In this document: positions 1-9,845 of the stretch, one piece after another
Numbering within the stretch: position 1 is the first letter of the stretch
Layout: each line of letters starts with the position of its first letter
Origin: Candidatus Woesearchaeota archaeon
Lineage (GTDB): Archaea; Nanobdellota; Nanobdellia; Woesearchaeales; SKIA01
DNA length: 64,000 bases
Direction of reading: 5' to 3'
Assembly (NCBI GenBank): GCA_043771635.1
Contig: JAYVHA010000006.1
Coordinates: 1,668-65,667 of the forward strand
Made by a program: the position numbers and the translations under genes
The notes under the pieces: generated by a model
Seen by the model: the letters and a program-made list of their open reading frames with translations, nothing else
Databases searched by the model: none
What the model was told of the DNA's origin: nothing

Positions 1-159
1 TCAGCTACGCAGTCTCGCATAAACTAACGCACATGCGCACGCTTGTATTCTGCACCTGCGGCTTCTTGCTAATCATCGGCGAAGTAATAATAATCGTTTC
101 AGGCAGGGGCATTTAGAGCGCGCGAATGCGCGACCAAAGACAGTAATGCTGCGCCTTCG

Positions 160-381
160 TTAAAGCGTTTCAACGCGCCAGTAGATTATTAGGCCAATTG
201 CAAACTCCGCAAGTAGCCAGTAAGTTCCATGGCTTGAATTTGCAAAGTACATGAAATAAATTACTAAACCAATAATTCCGGAAAGTATTCCGCCAAAAAT
301 TAGAATTTCTTTAAACAGCTTTCTTGAATGTAATTCTTCCTTAACGGCGTGCTGAATAATATCTCTAGATTTTACCATCAT
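160..381 (-). CDS. small hydrophobic membrane protein, distal gene of ABC exporter operon
   Basis: 73-aa ORF with one or two predicted TM helices; overlaps the upstream permease stop by 4 nt (378..381), suggesting co-translation. Confidence 0.3.
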   Translation of the reverse strand: MMVKSRDIIQHAVKEELHSRKLFKEILIFGGILSGIIGLVIYFMYFANSSHGTYWLLAEFAIGLIIYWRVETL

Positions 382-1592
382 TCATACCGCAGCGAATCAA
401 CTGGTTTTTGCTGCGCTGCTGCGCGCGCCGGGAAGAAGCCTGCAATAGCACCTATAATTGTACCGAATGCAAGAGCACCTACTATTAGCCACCAAGACAG
501 TACAAATTGAATGATGGTTGTTCCGAGTACTTGGGTTGCTATGATACTCGCAATAAATGATATTCCAAGTCCAAGTATGCAACCGACTGCTCCTCCAACA
601 AAACCGAGAAGCGCACTTTCAATCAGAAATATTGAGAGAATTGCTTCATTACTAGCACCTATAGCTTTCATTATTCCTATTTCCTTTGTTCGCTCAAGTA
701 CCGCTGTGTACATAGTATTCATAATGCCTATTGCACCAACAAGAAGCGATATCATAGCGATACCGAAGAGAACCGTCTGTATTATGCCAAGAATTTTATC
801 AAAACTCTCCTTTATGTCCTCTGTTGTCTGCACAGTGAAGTCCTCTTCACCAGGCTTCTGTCCGCGAAAACGTCGTAAACTTTCCTTTATGTTCTCTGAA
901 ACTTGCGATGCTTGCTCACCTTTAGCTACGCGCACAATCACAGTAGAGTACGAGTCAGCAGCTGATTCCGCAGGAAATACTTGTTTGTAGAGAACAGTGG
1001 GAACAAACACGCCGTTGTCAAGCCCAGGGTCGCCAATTTTTTTTAATATTCCGACAATCGTTGCACTGGCGTTATTAATTATAATCGTACGCCCGACGGA
1101 GAGCGGGTCTGTATACACTGTGTCGTCCGTATAACCGCTACCAATAACTACTCTGAGTTTATCGCCGCTCTCAAGAAGCCGTCCTTCCTCTATTTCTATT
1201 GTTAAACTCTCAACAATAAGTGCGCGCTCAACATTACCTTCGGGGATTTCAGAAACAGTCTGGTATACAGTCGTTTGCGACCAATCTATTTTTGCAGTTT
1301 TTGCTCTATACCCTGCAACCTCAATTACTCCCGCGACATTTTTTATTCTATTTAAGTCGCGATTACCGATTTCGGTTATTGATGCGCCTCCAGGCACTGT
1401 TGTTGGAGCCACAAATACTTTGTCGATTCCGAGCTTACTAAACTGCTCATTGACTCCTGCTTGCAATCCCTGACCGAGCGAAACCAATGCGACGACCGCC
1501 ATAATTCCTATAAAAACGCCAATTATCGTAAGATAAGCGCGCTTCTTGCGATTACGAAGATTTTCTAGTGCAATCGTAAAGAGCTCCATCAT
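378..1592 (-). CDS. ABC transporter permease, FtsX/MacB family
   Basis: 404 aa. N-terminal TM (LTIIGVFIGIMAVVALVSLG), a large extracytoplasmic MacB-like core, and a C-terminal FtsX 3-TM bundle (GIIQTVLFGIAMISLLVGAIGIMNTM...). Overlaps neighbour by 4 nt. Confidence 0.8.
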   Translation of the reverse strand: MMELFTIALENLRNRKKRAYLTIIGVFIGIMAVVALVSLGQGLQAGVNEQFSKLGIDKVFVAPTTVPGGASITEIGNRDLNRIKNVAGVIEVAGYRAKTAKIDWSQTTVYQTVSEIPEGNVERALIVESLTIEIEEGRLLESGDKLRVVIGSGYTDDTVYTDPLSVGRTIIINNASATIVGILKKIGDPGLDNGVFVPTVLYKQVFPAESAADSYSTVIVRVAKGEQASQVSENIKESLRRFRGQKPGEEDFTVQTTEDIKESFDKILGIIQTVLFGIAMISLLVGAIGIMNTMYTAVLERTKEIGIMKAIGASNEAILSIFLIESALLGFVGGAVGCILGLGISFIASIIATQVLGTTIIQFVLSWWLIVGALAFGTIIGAIAGFFPARAAAQQKPVDSLRYE

Positions 1593-2809
1593 TGCCGGAA
1601 TGCCTCCACCGGCGGCAGTTTTGCCGCTTCATACGCAGGAAACGCGCCAGCAAGTACGCCAACAACAAAGCTAAACAGGAGAGCGCCAAGTACAAGTTGC
1701 ACGGAAACCGTACTGCTGAGTATTCCAGGGCCTAAAAATTGTGAACCTAGTAATACTACAGTTTCGCTCAGAATAATTCCTAGGATAACACCAATAATCC
1801 CGCCCAATAGCCCGAGCATACCACTCTCAAAAATAAATATCGCGAGTATGTCGCTGTTACGTGCGCCTACAGCTTTCATAACGCCGATTTCACGCGTGCG
1901 CTCCATTATGGCTGTATACATAGTGTTCATTATTCCGATGCCGCCAACCAGAAGTGAGATGAACGCAATACCAACGAGAACTGCAGTAACTCCTCCTATA
2001 ATTGCATTAAGGCTACTAAGCAAACTGCCAGGCGACTGGACTGAGAAGTCTTCACGACCTAATTTTACTCTGCGACTACTTCGTAAATTTTTGCTTATTG
2101 ATTCTTGCGCAAGGTTAATTTCCTTGTCGCTTGTTACTTGCGCTGAGATAACGCTATACTCACTTGGTATATCTAATAAATCTCGCATCGACTGCTCGTC
2201 CATTACAAGTGCACTATCAATAGTTATGCTGCCTCTTTTTTTAAGTATTCCAATAACTTCTAACTTTTTTCCGTTTACTTCAAACGTGTCACCGACAATA
2301 ATCGGTCTGCCAAATAAATCGGGCTTTAGATAATCAGCTCCTATTGCGACCCTGTTTCCATCTTCTCGCCGCGGGAGCCGTCCTTGGTCAACACGCACGT
2401 TCTGCAAAGATAGTACTAAATCTCGCTGCGCTTGATCATCGGGAAGGGATACTATAAACTGTACAGACTGCTTATCATTGTACTGTACGGCTACTCCTTT
2501 TATCAGCCTCCCGGCTGCAACAGACACATACTGGGAACGTGCTACTATGCGCAGGTCCTTTTCTGTGAGTGGAGTCGGAGCTCCTTGTCCCGGCGGGCCG
2601 AAGCCACCACCACCTTTTGCTTGAATAATCAACCTATCAGTGCCGAGGGTCGAGAACTGCGCAGACACCGCATCCTTGAGGCCTTGACCAAGAGCTATGA
2701 GACTTACTACCGTCGCAATTCCTATGAATATACCTATCATAGTAAGCCAGGAGCGAAGCTGTCGCTTCTGGAGGTTCTTAATTCCGAGTTTGACGTAGTC
2801 CCAGCGCAT
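1589..2809 (-). CDS. ABC transporter permease, FtsX/MacB family (paralogue)
   Basis: 406 aa. Same architecture as the adjacent permease (LTMIGIFIGIATVVSLIALGQG ... IGGVTAVLVGIAFISLLVGGIGIMNTMYTAI). Confidence 0.8.
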   Translation of the reverse strand: MRWDYVKLGIKNLQKRQLRSWLTMIGIFIGIATVVSLIALGQGLKDAVSAQFSTLGTDRLIIQAKGGGGFGPPGQGAPTPLTEKDLRIVARSQYVSVAAGRLIKGVAVQYNDKQSVQFIVSLPDDQAQRDLVLSLQNVRVDQGRLPRREDGNRVAIGADYLKPDLFGRPIIVGDTFEVNGKKLEVIGILKKRGSITIDSALVMDEQSMRDLLDIPSEYSVISAQVTSDKEINLAQESISKNLRSSRRVKLGREDFSVQSPGSLLSSLNAIIGGVTAVLVGIAFISLLVGGIGIMNTMYTAIMERTREIGVMKAVGARNSDILAIFIFESGMLGLLGGIIGVILGIILSETVVLLGSQFLGPGILSSTVSVQLVLGALLFSFVVGVLAGAFPAYEAAKLPPVEAFRQ

Positions 2810-2890
2810 GAGTTATTTGCTTATGAATCAGTGAAAGTAATTTGAGGCTACGGAACCTAAAATAATGGAATATCCATAGCCTATTTGTAC

Positions 2891-4111
2891 TTACTTTTTC
2901 TTGCGTGAGCGGCGGAAAACAACGAATCCGATAACAACTAATACCGCTACTACTATTACAACAATTATGCCTGAACCGCCGCTACTTGCTTTTGCTGGCG
3001 CAACAACCGAGAGTTGCACAGGAACTGAGTATGGCTGGTTTAGTGCGTCTCGATAGGTGAGTGTTCCTTTAAGAGCCGCAGTTTCTCCAGTTGGTTTGAT
3101 GGTAAATTCTGCAGTTTGGAAGTCGTCACTGTCAATGTTTCCAACATAGACTTCTGTGCGACCACTTACGGTGTATCCGTCTGCCGCTGCAACACTTACT
3201 TCTGCAAACTTAACTTGGGAGAGGCCTTTGTTAATAATGCGCGTGAGCACAATAAGCTCTTTTTCATCCGCACTGCGCGTGACGCGATCAATAAGCACTG
3301 TTACGTCTGGCTTCGCGTGTACTAGTATTCCAACTGTTTCTGTTTGCGTTACTTCTGTGCCATCAGCATTCATGAATGTAAACGTTAAGGGAATGCGTGC
3401 GATTCCACTTTGCGCTTCAGGATCAGCAACAAGCTGGAAGCGGAATGTTGTTTGCGCGCCGCCTTCGATGCGCGGAAGTGTTTGCTTGGTTGTTGTACCA
3501 ATAGTCGCTAGGTCGGTGTCCGCAAGGTCTAGCGAAACTGTAACGTCGCGAAGGGTACTGGCTTGCGCATTGCGAACAGTTACTTCAAACTGTGACTGTG
3601 AACCTGGAATAATCTCCGCCGGAGTTGTTCCAGCTTGAGTTACTGTAAGTACGCTGTTAGAAGTGCGAACTTGCATTGACACTTCGTTTGAAATGTATGA
3701 AATGCCGTCCGTTGTCATGCGAATTGGAAGTGTATAAGTGCCGTCCGTTGCAGCAGTATCAACTACAAGCTTAATGCGCGTTACGTAGCTGCTTGCGGCC
3801 GCAATAGGACCAACGTTAACACTCTCGTCTTGCGGTCCAACTGGAGTGAATGGATATGACGGATCCACAACTATTGTAACGGCTGGCGACGCGACGCGTC
3901 CACCGTTTGTGATTTGCACCCAAGCTTCGACAATGTCGCCAGGTTGCGCTGGCGTTGGTTCGTACTTTAGAAGTGTGACTGCGTAGGACACGCTGTCAGG
4001 ACTTGCGGCACTTGCGAGCGTTGCGCTAATTCCAAGTAGCAGTACAAATACTGCGAGTGCAATCGGAATTCGATTTTTTGGTAATGGTGCGTTTTTCATG
4101 CGTGGCCTCAA
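2891..4111 (-). CDS. exported repeat protein with C-terminal TM anchor and basic tail (ABC-exporter associated)
   Basis: 406 aa. Signal peptide (PIALAVFVLLLGISATLASAAS), beta-rich Ig/CARDB-like repeats, C-terminal TM (IIVVIVVAVLVVIGFVVF) and RRSRKKK tail. Confidence 0.55.
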   Translation of the reverse strand: MRPRMKNAPLPKNRIPIALAVFVLLLGISATLASAASPDSVSYAVTLLKYEPTPAQPGDIVEAWVQITNGGRVASPAVTIVVDPSYPFTPVGPQDESVNVGPIAAASSYVTRIKLVVDTAATDGTYTLPIRMTTDGISYISNEVSMQVRTSNSVLTVTQAGTTPAEIIPGSQSQFEVTVRNAQASTLRDVTVSLDLADTDLATIGTTTKQTLPRIEGGAQTTFRFQLVADPEAQSGIARIPLTFTFMNADGTEVTQTETVGILVHAKPDVTVLIDRVTRSADEKELIVLTRIINKGLSQVKFAEVSVAAADGYTVSGRTEVYVGNIDSDDFQTAEFTIKPTGETAALKGTLTYRDALNQPYSVPVQLSVVAPAKASSGGSGIIVVIVVAVLVVIGFVVFRRSRKKK

Positions 4112-4190
4112 TTATTGGTTACAGGTTATAGTAGAATTGTTGAAATGAATAGCTGGTTCTTGCTTGCTCGGGTGACGGGGACGCGGGCGT

Positions 4191-4871
4191 TCATTTTGGA
4201 ATCAGCGCTCCGTCGCGCAACACTTCTATTCGCTGCGCGTTTTTGGCTGTCGTCATGTCGTGCGTGACTAATACAATCGTAGTTTTTTTGGTTTTATGAA
4301 GTTCCTTCAAAAAATCCATAACGTTCTTGCCCGACGCGCTGTCTAGGTTTCCAGTCGGCTCGTCCGCAAGAATTACGTCAGGCTTTACTGCCAGTGCGCG
4401 CGCAATCGCAACGCGTTGCTGCTGACCGCCGGAGAGCTCGTTAGGCTTGTGATCCATGCGGTCGGCAAGGCCTACAAGAGTTAGCATTTCTGTGCCGCGC
4501 TTCTCGCGCTCTTCCTGACTGATGCCCTGGAATACTAATGGAAGCATTACGTTTTCTTTAGCGGTAAGGGTGTTGATTAGATTAAATTTCTGAAAAATAA
4601 ATCCTATTTTCTTACCGCGAATAGCTGCTAAGTCGCTCTCTGTAAGTTTTGCGATGTTAGTGCCGTCGAGCAATATTTCGCCTTTTGTTGGAATGTCAAG
4701 GCAGCCAATCATGTTCATGGCGGTTGACTTGCCCGAACCACTCGGACCCATTATTGACAGAAATTCTCCTTCTTTAACAGTGAGCGTAAGGCCGCGCAGT
4801 GCGTGCACGACAGCGTCACCCATCTCGTAGCTCTTCCATACATTTTTGAGTTCTATAATCGCGCGTGCCAT
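4191..4871 (-). CDS. ABC transporter ATP-binding protein (MacB/LolD-like)
   Basis: Walker A GPSGSGKST, ABC signature LSGGQQQRVAIARAL, Walker B ILADEPTGNLD, H-loop VTHD. Confidence 0.9.
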   Translation of the reverse strand: MARAIIELKNVWKSYEMGDAVVHALRGLTLTVKEGEFLSIMGPSGSGKSTAMNMIGCLDIPTKGEILLDGTNIAKLTESDLAAIRGKKIGFIFQKFNLINTLTAKENVMLPLVFQGISQEEREKRGTEMLTLVGLADRMDHKPNELSGGQQQRVAIARALAVKPDVILADEPTGNLDSASGKNVMDFLKELHKTKKTTIVLVTHDMTTAKNAQRIEVLRDGALIPK

Positions 4872-4881
4872 GGTTATTCCG

Positions 4882-5376
4882 TTATAATTTCTTTAATTCT
4901 GCTGCTGCTTTTTTTGCAATTGTTCGGATTTGTTGAGTTTTTGTTTTGAATTTTCCTTCTTTCATTAAGCGGTGCAATTCACCGCGCATTTGCGCGAGTT
5001 CTGGGAGCTCCTTACAGTTTTCATCACCCTCAACTTGCGCAGCTATTATTTCTGCCATTTGCGCAGCTTCCTCGTCACCCATGCTTGCAAGCACACGCAG
5101 TTGTTCGACAATTCCGCTCAGTGCTTGTTTGCGTCTTGATTTCTCTGCTTCGAATAGATGCTTGCCTTGCGCGTTGAATGAGTATAATTTGCTGCGTCCT
5201 TCTTCTTTGACAGTTACTAAGCCGTCGGATTGGAGGCGCTCGAGCAGGGGGTATATGCTGCCATAACTCGGCTTCCAACCCGTTTGCGCGTGAATCGTTT
5301 TTACTATTGCGTAGCCTGAGCAACTGCCAACGCTAAGTTGTTGCAAAACGAGCATGCGTAAATATCCTTGATTCAT
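4882..5376 (-). CDS. PadR-family transcriptional regulator
   Basis: N-terminal PadR wHTH pattern (GYLRMLVLQQLSVGSCSGYAIVKTI...SYGSIYPLLERLQSDGLV). First gene of the ABC operon. Confidence 0.7.
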   Translation of the reverse strand: MNQGYLRMLVLQQLSVGSCSGYAIVKTIHAQTGWKPSYGSIYPLLERLQSDGLVTVKEEGRSKLYSFNAQGKHLFEAEKSRRKQALSGIVEQLRVLASMGDEEAAQMAEIIAAQVEGDENCKELPELAQMRGELHRLMKEGKFKTKTQQIRTIAKKAAAELKKL

Positions 5377-5502
5377 AGGGCTGTATCTTATGCGATATAT
5401 CTAGTCAGATGTATCGGCAGCGATATTTAAATGTTATGGAGGTGAAGCTTCGTTCTTTGTTAGAGACTACAGGTTTAAATTGTTGCGAAGAGTACTTACC
5501 CC

Positions 5503-6735
5503 ATGGGTGACGGACGCACGCGAGCAGGAGCTAATGGAGCGCTGCGACAGCCGCAATCAATTCAGCGCAAAGCGAGCAATATTTTGCCAGTGCAACTTGA
5601 AGCCAGAGTGGATGCGCTCCTGTCTGCCTTGAATACCCCCCAGAAAGCAATTACGTTTCTTGCACTTGACGACCAGTTTTGCACGCCCGCCATGATCCGC
5701 GAGCGCGTGGCAGCCAGGATTGCTACTACGCAGGACGAAGCGATTACTCTACCAACGCGGTCAACCTTCAGAGCTTACCTTGAGAGCCTATCAAAGTCAG
5801 GTTTTGCGCAGCACGCTCCAGCCACCTTTACCAGCGTACAGGGCGACTCGCGAACCGGACGCGGCTATCGACGCAGCACGGAAGGCACGATGCATGCCGG
5901 CATAGCACATGCCGTACTAATGGTTGGCGCGGAACTTCACAAGCGCTACAATATCAGTTTGAATTCAGTGCTCGGAACTAGTGCAACTAGTTCTATTGAA
6001 CAACGACACAGCCCATATACCACATTACGTATTCTTGAAGCCGCAACCAATTGGAAAGGAGAATATAGAGAAATGGCTCGGCAACTTGCTGTCTCTGAGC
6101 GAACGATTAAGAACAGGTTAAACACGTTGCAAGACTTGAATTTGGTGCTCACCAGCAGCAGCCGCACTCAAGGCAACTGGTACCGAGCGCGTCCTGAATA
6201 TTCTGATGCGCTACTTGCAGATGCTTCCAGGGATGCTGTCAAGAGCGCCCTTGCGCCTGTGTTTACTAGAGGCATTTCGGACATGACACTCCTACTAGGA
6301 ACTGGAATTGGGGAACGTAAAGTTAGACAAGTCATAGCAGAGTACGTAAACAATGGTTGGTTGCAAGCGTCGTTTACCACTGGCAGACCTAGCGAAATTT
6401 ATCACATGGGCGGCGCAGGAATACTACTAGTTTTATTACGAGCAGTTCGGCAAAGCGCGTCCGGAATACCGCAACTACGCACTGCTACGCGCGAGCAAGA
6501 GCGCACAGCGCTACGCAGCTCACTTGAAAACAGCACTTACGCTGCACGCAGTTTAATTCACAATGAAACCATTACGAACACAATTCTTGAAGCCGGACAC
6601 CCATTAACTGCAGAAACAATCCGCGACACGCTAGGTTGGCACTATTCCACCACACAAACGCGACTGCATCGCTTAGTTGAAAACGGAAAACTCATTGTTA
6701 ACAGCAATACTCGCGAATATAGCGTAAACGGTTGA
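5503..6735 (+). CDS. hypothetical protein with several predicted winged-helix/HTH segments
   Basis: 410-aa ORF with an HTH-like stretch (LAVSERTIKNRLNTLQDLNLV). No recognisable catalytic motif. Lies at the edge of the low-GC island. Confidence 0.35.
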   Translation: MGDGRTRAGANGALRQPQSIQRKASNILPVQLEARVDALLSALNTPQKAITFLALDDQFCTPAMIRERVAARIATTQDEAITLPTRSTFRAYLESLSKSGFAQHAPATFTSVQGDSRTGRGYRRSTEGTMHAGIAHAVLMVGAELHKRYNISLNSVLGTSATSSIEQRHSPYTTLRILEAATNWKGEYREMARQLAVSERTIKNRLNTLQDLNLVLTSSSRTQGNWYRARPEYSDALLADASRDAVKSALAPVFTRGISDMTLLLGTGIGERKVRQVIAEYVNNGWLQASFTTGRPSEIYHMGGAGILLVLLRAVRQSASGIPQLRTATREQERTALRSSLENSTYAARSLIHNETITNTILEAGHPLTAETIRDTLGWHYSTTQTRLHRLVENGKLIVNSNTREYSVNG

Positions 6736-6831
6736 TTGTTATTTATGGACTACCTATCTGTTAGATCCTAGCCGAAACCTCACCGGACATTCGGCCAATA
6801 AGCATATGAACTCTGGTGAATCAATTCACCT

Positions 6832-7614
6832 ATGATATCCACTTTTCACAAGGAGCCAGAACTTGTGCTACACCAAGGTAGTTGCTTGGATGTACTAAAG
6901 CAGATTCCTGAGGCATCAGTTGATCTTATATTTGCTGATCCACCTTACTTTCTGTCCAATGGAGGCATTTCTTGCCAGGCTGGAAAGATGGTTTCTGTCA
7001 ATAAGGCCGAATGGGACAAGTCTCAAGGCTTTGAATCAGATGTCGCTTTTACTGAACAATGGATACTAGCCTGTCGACGGGTGCTTGCTCCCAACGGCTC
7101 TATTTGGATTTCCGGAACACAGCACAATATCCACATTGTAGGTTTTCTTCTTCAAAAGCATGGCTTCAAAATATTGAACGATATTGTCTGGTTCAAACCA
7201 AACGCTCCTCCGAATCTTGCTTGTAGATACTTTGCGCATTCGCACGAAATGGTTATTTGGGCTCGGCAAACTGAAAAAAGTAAACACCTCTTCAACTACG
7301 AGTCTATGAAACAACGAGAAGACCGTCTCAGTCCAGCTGGAAAACAGATGAAAAGTGTCTGGAGTATTAATCTTACACCCCCGTCAGAGAAAGCTGCCGG
7401 CAGGCATCCAACTCAGAAACCAGAAGAGCTTCTTCGAAGAATTATTCTAGCCACAACAATTAAAGGCCAAACAGTGCTCGATCCTTTCAATGGTTCAGGC
7501 ACCACAGGCGTAGTAGCCAAGAAACTAGGTAGAAAGTATATCGGAATTGATATGGAGCCTGCATATTTGAACTTAACAATTAAACGTTTGAAACTGACCC
7601 GAACAGATTTATAA
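6832..7614 (+). CDS. DNA methyltransferase, beta-class (N6-adenine or N4-cytosine)
   Basis: Motif IV DPPY (IFADPPYFLSN) near the N-terminus and SAM-binding motif I (LDPFNGSGTTGVVA) near the C-terminus. This circularly permuted beta-class order matches DpnA/MboIC/HinfI-type enzymes. Confidence 0.85.
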   Translation: MISTFHKEPELVLHQGSCLDVLKQIPEASVDLIFADPPYFLSNGGISCQAGKMVSVNKAEWDKSQGFESDVAFTEQWILACRRVLAPNGSIWISGTQHNIHIVGFLLQKHGFKILNDIVWFKPNAPPNLACRYFAHSHEMVIWARQTEKSKHLFNYESMKQREDRLSPAGKQMKSVWSINLTPPSEKAAGRHPTQKPEELLRRIILATTIKGQTVLDPFNGSGTTGVVAKKLGRKYIGIDMEPAYLNLTIKRLKLTRTDL

Positions 7615-7636
7615 ACGACTTTAAGCTCATAACTTT

Positions 7637-8464
7637 GTGGGAGTAAAAACAGTTAAGTTCCTGAAGTGGGCTGGTGGCAAGGAAATGCTTCTGCCTCAGC
7701 TAGAGCCTTTCTTTCCTAAAGATATTGATAGATATATCGAGCCGTTTCTTGGTTCTGGTGCTTTATTTTGGCACATAGCTACTACTCGAAAGCCTAAAAC
7801 AGTTATTCTTGCAGACACAAACGAGGAGCTAATTAACGTATATATCCAAGTAAGAGATTCTGTTGAAAAATTAATTCGTTCTCTTGAAAAAAGAAAATTA
7901 GCCCACTTTGCCAACGAAAATTATTATTATGAAGTTAGAGCGGAGCTACCAAGTAAACTTAATCCCATCGAACGAGCTTCTCGTTTCATTTATCTTAATA
8001 GAACTTGCTTCAACGGTCTTTATCGTGTAAATTCTAAAGGTGAATTTAACGTTCCCAAAGGCAGTTACAAGAATCCCAATATTGTTCAGACCGATAATTT
8101 GCGTGAAGCATCAAAACTTTTGCAAGGAGTAAGTATTCTTTGTACACCATTTCAGGTAACTTTACGCAAAGCTAAACCGGGAGACGTCGTATACTTAGAT
8201 CCTCCTTATCACCCTTTGAAGCCAACTAGTTTTACTTCTTACTCAGTCAATATTTTTGGAGAGAAAGAACAACAAGACTTAAAAGAAGAATTTGACCGGC
8301 TGGTAAATCTTGGCTGCACCATCATAGAAAGTAATAGCGATATGCCATTTATTCGAAATCTTTATACGAATTATAAACTGTCTACAATTCTTGCCAAAAG
8401 GTTGATCAATTCTAAATCGGCAGCACGAGGAAATATCAACGAGGCAATCATACATAATAAATAA
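7637..8464 (+). CDS. Dam-family (alpha-class) N6-adenine DNA methyltransferase
   Basis: FLKWAGGK motif at the N-terminus and DPPY (VYLDPPYHP) motif. Low-GC coding region. Probable GTG or other non-ATG start. Confidence 0.85.
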   Translation: MGVKTVKFLKWAGGKEMLLPQLEPFFPKDIDRYIEPFLGSGALFWHIATTRKPKTVILADTNEELINVYIQVRDSVEKLIRSLEKRKLAHFANENYYYEVRAELPSKLNPIERASRFIYLNRTCFNGLYRVNSKGEFNVPKGSYKNPNIVQTDNLREASKLLQGVSILCTPFQVTLRKAKPGDVVYLDPPYHPLKPTSFTSYSVNIFGEKEQQDLKEEFDRLVNLGCTIIESNSDMPFIRNLYTNYKLSTILAKRLINSKSAARGNINEAIIHNK

Positions 8465-8542
8465 AGTATAACTCAGAATATCGAACGACTATTTATAGTA
8501 GAATTAATAACCATTATCTAAAGCGTAAGCTAAACTAATAAT

Positions 8543-9154
8543 TTATTCCTCTAAATACCAAAGCGCTTTCCGTTCAGCTCGATACTTTTTACTTTTCTTG
8601 TTCTCTAAATTAACATATTTTGAGGCGGGCGGTTGACCGTTGCAAACACTCATGCACAAATTATCAATTTCTTTAGGCCCATCTAGAAATTGTCGTACCC
8701 AACCTTGTAAAAATAAGTTCGACGGTTCGAATTTACTTTCTTTATGATAACCATACTCTTGTTCAATATGGAATAATTGTGCAAGATATCCTGTAACGAT
8801 TAGCTTGTTTAGGTGATGTTCAAATTTCTCTTTTGAAAGTTTTTCAAGCTCTTTTTCAGGATCACTTCCATAAAAAATGTTGTCGAAAGCAATAAGCAGA
8901 TCTTTTTTCAGATCAGGTCTACTTCTGACTCTTAAGTTAAGGTCTATCATAAGGCGAAGATGATTAGGCTTAAACCTGCGTTCTCCTTCTTTAATCCATA
9001 TTTGGAAATTTCTATTTATATCATAGCTTTCAAAGCGTTTAGATAGTATTGAAGGTCGAAATACATATACTTCCGTATCCCCATCAATGAAGACAACTTT
9101 ATTGTTGTCAAATTCAAGGTTGATTATAATTTCAAATAGTTTTTCTTTAAGCAT
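8543..9154 (-). CDS. hypothetical protein, candidate restriction endonuclease (by position only)
   Basis: 203-aa ORF, about 30% GC, convergent with the two MTases. No clear nuclease motif beyond a weak D...E.K pattern (IDGDTEVYV...EGERRFK). Confidence 0.3.
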   Translation of the reverse strand: MLKEKLFEIIINLEFDNNKVVFIDGDTEVYVFRPSILSKRFESYDINRNFQIWIKEGERRFKPNHLRLMIDLNLRVRSRPDLKKDLLIAFDNIFYGSDPEKELEKLSKEKFEHHLNKLIVTGYLAQLFHIEQEYGYHKESKFEPSNLFLQGWVRQFLDGPKEIDNLCMSVCNGQPPASKYVNLENKKSKKYRAERKALWYLEE

Positions 9155-9527
9155 CTAAATCTAATTGTTGATATAGTTAGTATATATTACTATTGTAACT
9201 AATTTATTTAGACAAATAAGTAATTCTCCGACGCGATTTAGAATATAAATGGAATTGAAGTATTAAGAATTAATTATTCGGCGGCTTAGCCGCGCCAGCC
9301 AACGAATGGCGCAAACTCACGGAAAACGTTGCGAGTGCAACGATCTAAAGAAGCAACTTGTAGATACTAAAACTTAAGGAGATATACGTATGGAGGAAAG
9401 TTACCACGGTGGACTCGAAGAAAGACTAATCAAAGAAGGCAGTTAGTCGGTGACGGATTGACACCAACTGAATAATGGCGCCTAAGGTCTGCTCTCAACA
9501 TAAGCATTTAGTACATTAACAAAAATA

Positions 9528-9677
9528 CTATTGCACCACCCAACGACCTGTCTTTGGACCGCCCTCTCGAATAATCACTCCTTTTTTTAGATTATTGATG
9601 TGATATCGAGCGCCTTCCTCTGAAATAGCTAGTAGCTGAGCAAGATGTGCTGTTGTTGCTTTCGGATGTTCCCTCAT
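9528..9677 (-). pseudogene. N-terminally truncated paralogue of the small wHTH gene at 9846..10115
   Basis: Minus-strand translation gives MREHPKATTAHLAQLLAISEEGARYHINNLKKGVIIREGGPKTGRWVVQ, which parallels ILELLRQNPVMRTAELAVETGLTPKGVEYHLTKLKRDNLLSRVGGRKEGKWVVE. The in-frame upstream region (to about 9740) carries an SKTT-coding 12-nt tandem repeat but no start codon. Confidence 0.35.
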
Positions 9678-9845
9678 AACTGCAAGTATCAGCTCCTTAG
9701 GATTGTTACTGGTAGTCTTACTAGTAGTCTTACTGATAGTTTCTAGGGTAGAATCATAGTGGAAACAGCAAAAAAAGCTCTAGCTTAAACGCAACCAGAC
9801 TACTTTCTTAGGTTTTTAGACATAACTTTGGAGTGTGCTGCACAG

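Noticed and set aside
2432-2845. Plus-strand ORFs embedded in the ABC permease and exporter genes (511..990, 1848..2333, 2432..2845, 3156..3638)
   Set aside because: These are antisense to strongly supported FtsX and exported-protein genes; they are shadow ORFs.
9290-9500. GC-richer patch within the AT-rich island as a possible ncRNA or tRNA
   Set aside because: Only a short hairpin (ggcggcTTAgccgcgcc) is visible. No tRNA cloverleaf or recognisable RNA family signature, so it is left unannotated.
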